Assembly (NCBI GenBank): GCA_964596525.1
Contig: CAZQUL010000001.1
Span: forward strand, 1,079,723-1,143,722
DNA from: an uncultured Gammaproteobacteria bacterium
GTDB lineage: Bacteria; Patescibacteriota; Patescibacteriia; Magasanikbacterales; GWA2-37-8
Length of the DNA stretch: 64,000 nucleotides
Direction: 5' to 3'
Below, piece after piece: positions 57,817 through 64,000 of the stretch. Positions within the stretch are counted from its first letter, which is position 1, and each line of letters opens with the position of its first letter. The notes below the pieces were generated by a model. It was not told the DNA's origin and made no database searches. It saw only the letters and a list, made by a program, of their open reading frames with translations. The position numbers and the translations under genes were made by a program.

Positions 57817-60800
57817 CTAGGGTGTCGACGGCAGGGTTTTAAGATAGTCATGCATTGCATCGAGTTTGGCCTGGGGTGGATTTTCCATTTCCGCAGTCGA
57901 AAGCGGATCTCTCTGAGCATACGATTCCCCCAGACCGCGTTTGATGAGCTCAGCCAACGCGGCGGTACGCTTAGTCTGTTCAGCCCGATCAGCAGTGGGA
58001 GTGAGAAGGCGTATCAAGGCGCGTTTTTCGCTTTCCGAGGCACCGCCCATGACGCTTTCGAATGCTTGGCGGATTACGGATTCTTTAAACAGCTGGCCCG
58101 AACCATGGATCGTTTCCAGAGATTTTTTAAGTCCGGTAGCGAGCGCAAAGCCGAGATTCTTGGTTTCAAACGGACTTTTCCCCCGCTCCACTCTTTGCGC
58201 ATCGGTCGTGGCCGCTTCGGTTGGGGTGGCCGGTCTTTCAGATGAAGGCTGGCGTTCAGATTCAGGCCGTGGTGCAGGAGGAGGCGTGGTTTCACGAGAA
58301 CTAGAGACGGCCGAGGCCGGCAGGTCTTTTACAGACATGCCGATTTCTTCTGGATGGGACTGCGGACCGGTTCCAAAAGTTTTGGTCACGTCGAGCGCTG
58401 TAGCAGCAGCCCGTGGGCGGCCAGGGGCACGTTTTTTAACAAAACCATCGCTTGCTACACCAACACCCATGCCCAAAAGCAAACCAGCCAAACTGTATCT
58501 GAGCATTGCATTTTTGAGGAATCCTTGGGCAACCCGTTTCTGTTCTGGCGGCAATTTAGCAACAGCTTCATCACTGGCATGCTCGGCACGCACCAGGGCT
58601 TTTTCAAACAGGCCGACACCCCGAGCTTGCTCACGATTTTGCTTAATGTAGGCAGCCTCAATTTGCACCTTTTGCGCGCCTGTTACCAAATCTTCAAGCA
58701 TTTTTCTCACAACTGGATTCTTTACGTACTCACCACCGTCACCAGCGAGGAGAGTTTTTGTTTTCTTGATAATCTCTTGGGTAGCACTGACACGCTCCGC
58801 CTCAGCACCCGACTTAAACCACTCCGCAGGGCGATTCTGGCGAGTATCCACGAGTTTAGCCAAATAACCTTGAGATGCGGCAATGAAATCTTTAACTTCT
58901 TGCTCTTTAACCTCCTTCGCTTCGTCATCTGTCCAGTGCTCTAGGGTGCGGTGCAGATCTTTGACAGCCACCTCATCGTGTTCCTTAAGCTTTTTGAACC
59001 CTTCACGCTTTAGGAATACGTGGCCATCATGATGGATAACATCGTCTTCCGTGAAGCCAGCCTTTTTAAGGAAGCGGTCCTGCTCCTCTTCAGAACCAAG
59101 AGTATCCATGACGCGTTCAAAATTTATCTGCCGGAGAACCATGGCAAACTCGCTGCTGAAACGATCGAAGGCATCACTTGAAAGGCCGCTGGGATTGCCA
59201 TCGTCATCATACGCCAAATTACGCTTCATCATGAGATCAGAGATGCGGCGCATTTTTTCTTGTGATGATTCATAGGTTACAATGGCCGCAGTTGGCTTCA
59301 TAACCTCTTTCATGGACTCGATTGGTTTCCACGGTTTAAATGTACCATTGAATTTTTCAACGCTTTTAGCCTGAGGCAGCTCTTCACGACTGGCTCGGAT
59401 AATATCGGAGCGCACCATGTCGTAGAGCGACATGCCGACTTGTTTGGCATAGGTAGTATCCCAGACTTTCTTGAAAGCCGCCCAGTCGCGGATACCGTAA
59501 CCGCGCAAGATCTTGGCCATAGCTGGACTTGGCGGCACATCAGCCTTAAATAAATCGCGGACTTTCTGCGTCACTTCAAGGTTTTCTTGGATAACGGATG
59601 AACCGTCGACTTCGCTTACCGCTGAATGCGGCTGGTTGTATAACGCTTCAAGAAGAGCAAGGAATTCCTGGGGGCGAGATCTAAGCAGCTCTTGTATGAC
59701 GACGGAGGGAAGTTCCACAACAACGTTAGCATCACGGTCTTCGCGGCGGCGGGCCAAATCAACTTTGCTAATTTCGATGCGCAAATTTCCAAGCGCGCGG
59801 CCAGCCTTAAGAAGTTTGAGAGCAACGCGTTTATTGTTCGCGTCTTTAGCCGGATCGATCGTGCCGAGCTCTTTCTCTGCCTCTTCTAAAGCCCGCTGCA
59901 CATGTGAGCGCTCCTCGGGCGAAAAATCATCCATCGCGGTGCGCAACTCATTGTACTGGGCTACCAATTGATCATATTCACCGTCATTTTCGGGTGTGGT
60001 GAGCTTAATTTCGGGATTAGGAGAAAGCTTGCTCCATTCTTGCATTACCGTACGGGCGATATTGGCATACTCATCTTCAGCCAGCGGCACATCCGAACTT
60101 TCTTGGGCGCGCGCGAAACGCGTTTCAACCTCCAAAACAAACGGATCAAGAGGATTGTTGGCACGCACTGCTGTAAATAATTCACGAAAAACCGGTACGT
60201 ACTGACTAGGCGAGGCGGCGGGTCCCAGAAGAGCGTTTAGCGCCGAACGGTTAATACCGGCTTCACCAAGCTTTTTAGTCAGGTCGTCAACTAAATGTCG
60301 ACGGGTATAATTCTCGAATTCGCGATGATGCTCGTTAACCGCTTGCTCCAACTCCGTGAGAGCGGCGGAAAGTTCGGTGCGCAAACGTGCGACATCCTGT
60401 TTCATTTTGCCGATCGCGCCGGTTTCAAGAACACCCAGCAGGCCTTCTCCACCACTCATTACCTCGGCGACGTCGAGAATTTTCTGCTGGAAATCCGTAA
60501 AGGTAATGGTAAGTTCGCGTACTTTTTTAGTACCAAGACTCGAGATGCGACGCTCGATGGCTTTAATCTTGCTTTCCATTTCAGTGCGGAGTTTTTCAGC
60601 CTCCTGGAGTGAACGAACCATGTCGATGTCGACATCCGGAATTTCGCGCCTCGTTTTACGATCAAGAAGATGGTACATCACTTTACCATCCGGACCCACT
60701 TTAATCTGCGTAGCCAAAAATTCTGCCCCAGCAATATGGACGGTTTTCTCTTTGAGCGGCTCGAACGTAGCAAGCGGTTCAGGCGAAACGATGCGTTTAA

Positions 60801-62760
60801 CAGCACCAGTACGCATGTCCTTGACTGTAAAGACGAACTGCTTGAGCGCACTGTCGAACTTAGGTTGAGCCTGAATAACACCCATATTCCAGCGACCGTC
60901 AGATTCATAGACGACATGCTGGCCAAAGGTGTAGGAAAATTCTTCTGACTTGTGCTCGATGGCCGGATAGGGTTCGAGCGCCGCTTCATGGGTAACAACC
61001 GGCAGACGATCAGGCGCATCAACAGACACCTCAAGCGGCTGGCGCTCGCCAGCGATAACAAAAACCAATTTTTTAACACCGCCTTTAACAAAAATACGCG
61101 GCTCTTCTTGAAGCAAACCTTCAACTTCGGCATCCTCGCCCGGCCGTTTGTAGCGCACTGTGTCGCCGGCATGATACGAATGGTTGCGCGGGTCGAAGGT
61201 AAGCTCCAGGAATTGCATGTCAAACTCGGGCATGGTTTCGGTGAAAATCGTTTCTTTCTGACCAACAAGATTGACAGCCAAAATTTCTTTGCCGTCCCTA
61301 ACAACCGACCGTATATCTTTGAGCTCACCTGCTATCCTATCCTTGCCGACCGTGAGAACTACGGTATCGCCGCGGTTTACTTTTATCCGTTCTCCTTTAA
61401 AAAGAGTGGGGTTGGCTGGTGGTTTTTCTGGTGCTGGGCGCTCAACGGAAATATCATCGACTTCGTAGCCTTGGTCGTACTGATTACGATCGGGGTCATT
61501 TGCTTCGTAAGTGCTGTAGGGCTCATCACGAAGTGTTGGAGGTTCGTTTTCGTTTCCTTTGGATTTTTCTTCTAGAAGTGCATTCAATTTATCCCCATCA
61601 ATGAGTGGAGTACGCTCTGAGGGCGACTCAGTGGAAGGCGATGCTGGTACGTTTTCGGAGGCAACCGGCAAGGACCAGTCATCTTCTTTAACCTGAGTTG
61701 ATTGGACAGCCATCTCCGCAACCTCTTCGGGACTCAGGCGCGCTGTGCGGCTGGAGGGAGATTCAGCAGAGGGAGCGGGCTTGACTTCAGTCTCGGCAGA
61801 GGATGGATCGACAGCATTTTCGGAAAAACGTTTTTTCATTACGAAACGCAACGGCTCGAGTCCTTCAAGCCTGGATTTCATTTGTTTAACTTTGGCACCC
61901 AAAACATAGAGGGCGTCTTCGTCATCTTGCGGGTCTTTGTCACGGACACGCTCTGAGCCAGACGCCAAAAGAGTATGGACCCGATCAAACAACGGATCAG
62001 TTCGCTCAATAAAAGCTTGCACTTCTTGCGCGTGACGGGCATACGCTGTACGTGCTGACGAATCCGAATCTTTTTTGAGTCGATCGATCAATTGCCGATA
62101 TTCAGCTTCAAAAGCACCCAAAGATCCGGTGACGCGTTTCAATTCTTGGTCAGCAGCGTCCAAATCAGCTGTTATTTTTTCGGGGGATTCGGTTTTTTCT
62201 TGCCGCGGAGAAGAACTTTCGGGAGCACGTTCGACAGGTTGATCGTCTACAAATACTTCGCTATCAGCACCGGATGAAGCAATTTCCGATACAGCTTCCT
62301 GAGCAACGGTTTTAAGGTCTTCAACGCGAGCGTTCTGCTCGTCTAAAGCTTTTTCGATCGTTGCGAGACGTTCTTTCCACTGTTTAATTTTATCCTTATT
62401 TGAATCAAGAGCAATCACCGCCGGATTCTTTTCCGCTTGGGCAATACGATTTTGAATTTCATTTTTGAGCCGTGAAATGGTTTGCACGAGATTTTCCGCC
62501 AGGTTCATTGCACCCCCACCTTCTTGGCTTAATACATACTTCTTACGTTCTTCTGAAGAGCCCGCAAGTTCACCGGCAAGCACTCCTTTTAGTGCATCCA
62601 AATTTTGCTCTGCCTGCAGCAGAACCCCAACTTTTTTTCCTTCGGCGCTCACAAGCTCTTTTTCAATTTTAGCCATCTCCTGATCATGCTGCGGATTCAC
62701 ATCCATCCGTGCCAGGGCCTCTTTCCAATTTAATCTCTCTTTTCCTTGTTTTTTAGCCAT
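57817..62760 (-). CDS. Giant (about 1647 aa) coiled-coil hypothetical protein with small beta repeats and a C-proximal TM
   Basis: Uninterrupted ORF; T-ATG start MAKKQ. Confidence 0.8.
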   Translation of the reverse strand: MAKKQGKERLNWKEALARMDVNPQHDQEMAKIEKELVSAEGKKVGVLLQAEQNLDALKGVLAGELAGSSEERKKYVLSQEGGGAMNLAENLVQTISRLKNEIQNRIAQAEKNPAVIALDSNKDKIKQWKERLATIEKALDEQNARVEDLKTVAQEAVSEIASSGADSEVFVDDQPVERAPESSSPRQEKTESPEKITADLDAADQELKRVTGSLGAFEAEYRQLIDRLKKDSDSSARTAYARHAQEVQAFIERTDPLFDRVHTLLASGSERVRDKDPQDDEDALYVLGAKVKQMKSRLEGLEPLRFVMKKRFSENAVDPSSAETEVKPAPSAESPSSRTARLSPEEVAEMAVQSTQVKEDDWSLPVASENVPASPSTESPSERTPLIDGDKLNALLEEKSKGNENEPPTLRDEPYSTYEANDPDRNQYDQGYEVDDISVERPAPEKPPANPTLFKGERIKVNRGDTVVLTVGKDRIAGELKDIRSVVRDGKEILAVNLVGQKETIFTETMPEFDMQFLELTFDPRNHSYHAGDTVRYKRPGEDAEVEGLLQEEPRIFVKGGVKKLVFVIAGERQPLEVSVDAPDRLPVVTHEAALEPYPAIEHKSEEFSYTFGQHVVYESDGRWNMGVIQAQPKFDSALKQFVFTVKDMRTGAVKRIVSPEPLATFEPLKEKTVHIAGAEFLATQIKVGPDGKVMYHLLDRKTRREIPDVDIDMVRSLQEAEKLRTEMESKIKAIERRISSLGTKKVRELTITFTDFQQKILDVAEVMSGGEGLLGVLETGAIGKMKQDVARLRTELSAALTELEQAVNEHHREFENYTRRHLVDDLTKKLGEAGINRSALNALLGPAASPSQYVPVFRELFTAVRANNPLDPFVLEVETRFARAQESSDVPLAEDEYANIARTVMQEWSKLSPNPEIKLTTPENDGEYDQLVAQYNELRTAMDDFSPEERSHVQRALEEAEKELGTIDPAKDANNKRVALKLLKAGRALGNLRIEISKVDLARRREDRDANVVVELPSVVIQELLRSRPQEFLALLEALYNQPHSAVSEVDGSSVIQENLEVTQKVRDLFKADVPPSPAMAKILRGYGIRDWAAFKKVWDTTYAKQVGMSLYDMVRSDIIRASREELPQAKSVEKFNGTFKPWKPIESMKEVMKPTAAIVTYESSQEKMRRISDLMMKRNLAYDDDGNPSGLSSDAFDRFSSEFAMVLRQINFERVMDTLGSEEEQDRFLKKAGFTEDDVIHHDGHVFLKREGFKKLKEHDEVAVKDLHRTLEHWTDDEAKEVKEQEVKDFIAASQGYLAKLVDTRQNRPAEWFKSGAEAERVSATQEIIKKTKTLLAGDGGEYVKNPVVRKMLEDLVTGAQKVQIEAAYIKQNREQARGVGLFEKALVRAEHASDEAVAKLPPEQKRVAQGFLKNAMLRYSLAGLLLGMGVGVASDGFVKKRAPGRPRAAATALDVTKTFGTGPQSHPEEIGMSVKDLPASAVSSSRETTPPPAPRPESERQPSSERPATPTEAATTDAQRVERGKSPFETKNLGFALATGLKKSLETIHGSGQLFKESVIRQAFESVMGGASESEKRALIRLLTPTADRAEQTKRTAALAELIKRGLGESYAQRDPLSTAEMENPPQAKLDAMHDYLKTLPSTP

Positions 62761-62785
62761 AAACCCGGTGAGTATTAGACAAAAG

Positions 62786-63010
62786 CTATTCGAGCGTTTC
62801 AATAAGACCCTTCATCTTATCAATTTTGTGGGAATTTTCAAGGGTCCGGAGTTCGTCTTCGCGGAGTTTGCGCTCCTGCTCGATAAGGCGTTTTTTAGTC
62901 AAAAATTTAAGCCACTGATAATTGAACAACGTCAATAGATGCGAGGAAGCCTCTTCTATGCCACCCGCCGAACCATTGGTATCGGATTTTTCGAGTTCTT
63001 GGTCGGGCAT
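62786..63010 (-). CDS. Small hypothetical protein
   Basis: 74 aa, tightly packed between co-oriented genes. Confidence 0.55.
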   Translation of the reverse strand: MPDQELEKSDTNGSAGGIEEASSHLLTLFNYQWLKFLTKKRLIEQERKLREDELRTLENSHKIDKMKGLIETLE

Positions 63011-63019
63011 AGTAAGAGA

Positions 63020-63373
63020 TTATGAACCAACCAGGACTCCCACTTCGACGGCGTATTGTTCGAGTGCGGTTTTAAAAATAACCTGAAAATTCGGAACGTG
63101 TGAATGCCAGAAATCCGTCCATTCGTTGGCACCCGCCTCATCCTCGCTCGTAAGGATCATAAAACGTTCCAAACCTTCGGGCGAAAGATGCGGTGCGATA
63201 GCCGAACCCAAACGGATAAGGGCCTGCTCCGTAAAATGCGGCAAAAGACGCTGCTGCTCGTCGGGCGGAAGCGAGGAGAAACCATGCGCAGACAAAATAG
63301 ACTTCACCACCTCTTCAAGTGAAGAGGAGGAAGGCGTTTCCTGTTCAGCGGACGCGAGTAATTGATCGGACAT
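63020..63373 (-). CDS. Small helical hypothetical protein
   Basis: T-ATG start MSDQ; operon-like spacing. Confidence 0.6.
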   Translation of the reverse strand: MSDQLLASAEQETPSSSSLEEVVKSILSAHGFSSLPPDEQQRLLPHFTEQALIRLGSAIAPHLSPEGLERFMILTSEDEAGANEWTDFWHSHVPNFQVIFKTALEQYAVEVGVLVGS

Positions 63374-63392
63374 ACGTAAAAAAACCACCGCC

Positions 63393-64000
63393 CTACCCGT
63401 GATGGGCACCGTGGCGGCGGTAACTTAAAAACCACAAACTGGACAGAATAATGCCTACCCAGAAACCGACCAGGCCGTTGAGGACATAATTGGGCCGAGC
63501 GGGAAACGGTGAAGAAAGCGGTGCATCAACCTGTTTAAAGATGACATCACCACCAACGTATTCCCACCCGCGCTCAACAATGGTTTTAGTAACCGCATCA
63601 GCCAAAGCCACGGCTTTTTCTTCGGTCTCTGCATACACTTTTACCGAGAGGATACTGGCACCGATACGAACGCTGCCCACCACATCACGCGCCCATTCTT
63701 TGCGCCGCTCGCGTTCTTTAAGAGTGCGCCAGTGCGTAACATCGAGCCCCCCTGGATTATTCTCTAAGACTTTTTCGTAAAAATCCGATGTGCCCATGAG
63801 TTGCGCCATGCTCTCCCCGATGCGCTCAGCGGATTTAGCCTGGGTGTAAGGGTCAACGCCGGCCTGCGAGCGCGCAACAAGGAGAATGCTCGTCTCAGCA
63901 CTATATTTTCGTTCCATGAGAAGGCTTATGCCCAAAAACAATGCCAAACCCAAAAGCCCCCAAATGACTATCAAACGTAGCCGATAACTGAGGGTGTGCA
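63393..64000 (-). CDS. Wzz/YveK-like polysaccharide chain-length determinant (start beyond window edge)
   Basis: TM-YSAETSILL...PARPNYVLNGLVG-TM architecture; frame open to the window end. Confidence 0.75.
   Translation of the reverse strand, partial: HTLSYRLRLIVIWGLLGLALFLGISLLMERKYSAETSILLVARSQAGVDPYTQAKSAERIGESMAQLMGTSDFYEKVLENNPGGLDVTHWRTLKERERRKEWARDVVGSVRIGASILSVKVYAETEEKAVALADAVTKTIVERGWEYVGGDVIFKQVDAPLSSPFPARPNYVLNGLVGFWVGIILSSLWFLSYRRHGAHHG

Noticed and set aside
1-64000. Alternative genetic code (TGA recoding)
   Set aside because: Genes such as the M20 peptidase and rpoD end at TGA at expected lengths, and core ORFs are uninterrupted under code 11.

Overview
Bacterial chromosomal segment of roughly 50-55% GC, with most genes on the minus strand. 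The compact gene packing, housekeeping genes starting at T-ATG without a Shine-Dalgarno motif and many orphan proteins suggest a Patescibacteria/CPR genome; this is inferred, not proven. Core genes: long-form glucose-1-phosphate thymidylyltransferase, murG, rpoD, dnaG, gpsA, Kef-type antiporter, mscL, malic enzyme, tRNA-Ser(GGA), lgt, double-domain LOG protein, gatA/gatC, tsaE, rarA, cardiolipin synthase-like PLD, HrpA-like helicase, NRAMP transporter, M23 peptidase, gltX. An accessory stretch downstream of tRNA-Ser (about 24.8-33.1 kb) holds the best candidate for an undescribed system. It is a four-gene operon of three small winged-helix proteins plus a HEPN(RxxxxH)-winged-helix protein. Its promoter -35 box lies inside one copy of a perfect 95-bp direct repeat, and the two copies bracket a 324-bp non-coding tract of about 14% GC. 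Also present: four copies of a long REP-like palindrome (two carry a nested insert and flank gltX), stand-alone orphan genes with consensus sigma70 promoters and mostly strong SD sites (two very GC-rich), two tandem paralog pairs, and an unannotated 51-aa ORF. All product calls come from motif recognition by eye; no searches were run.
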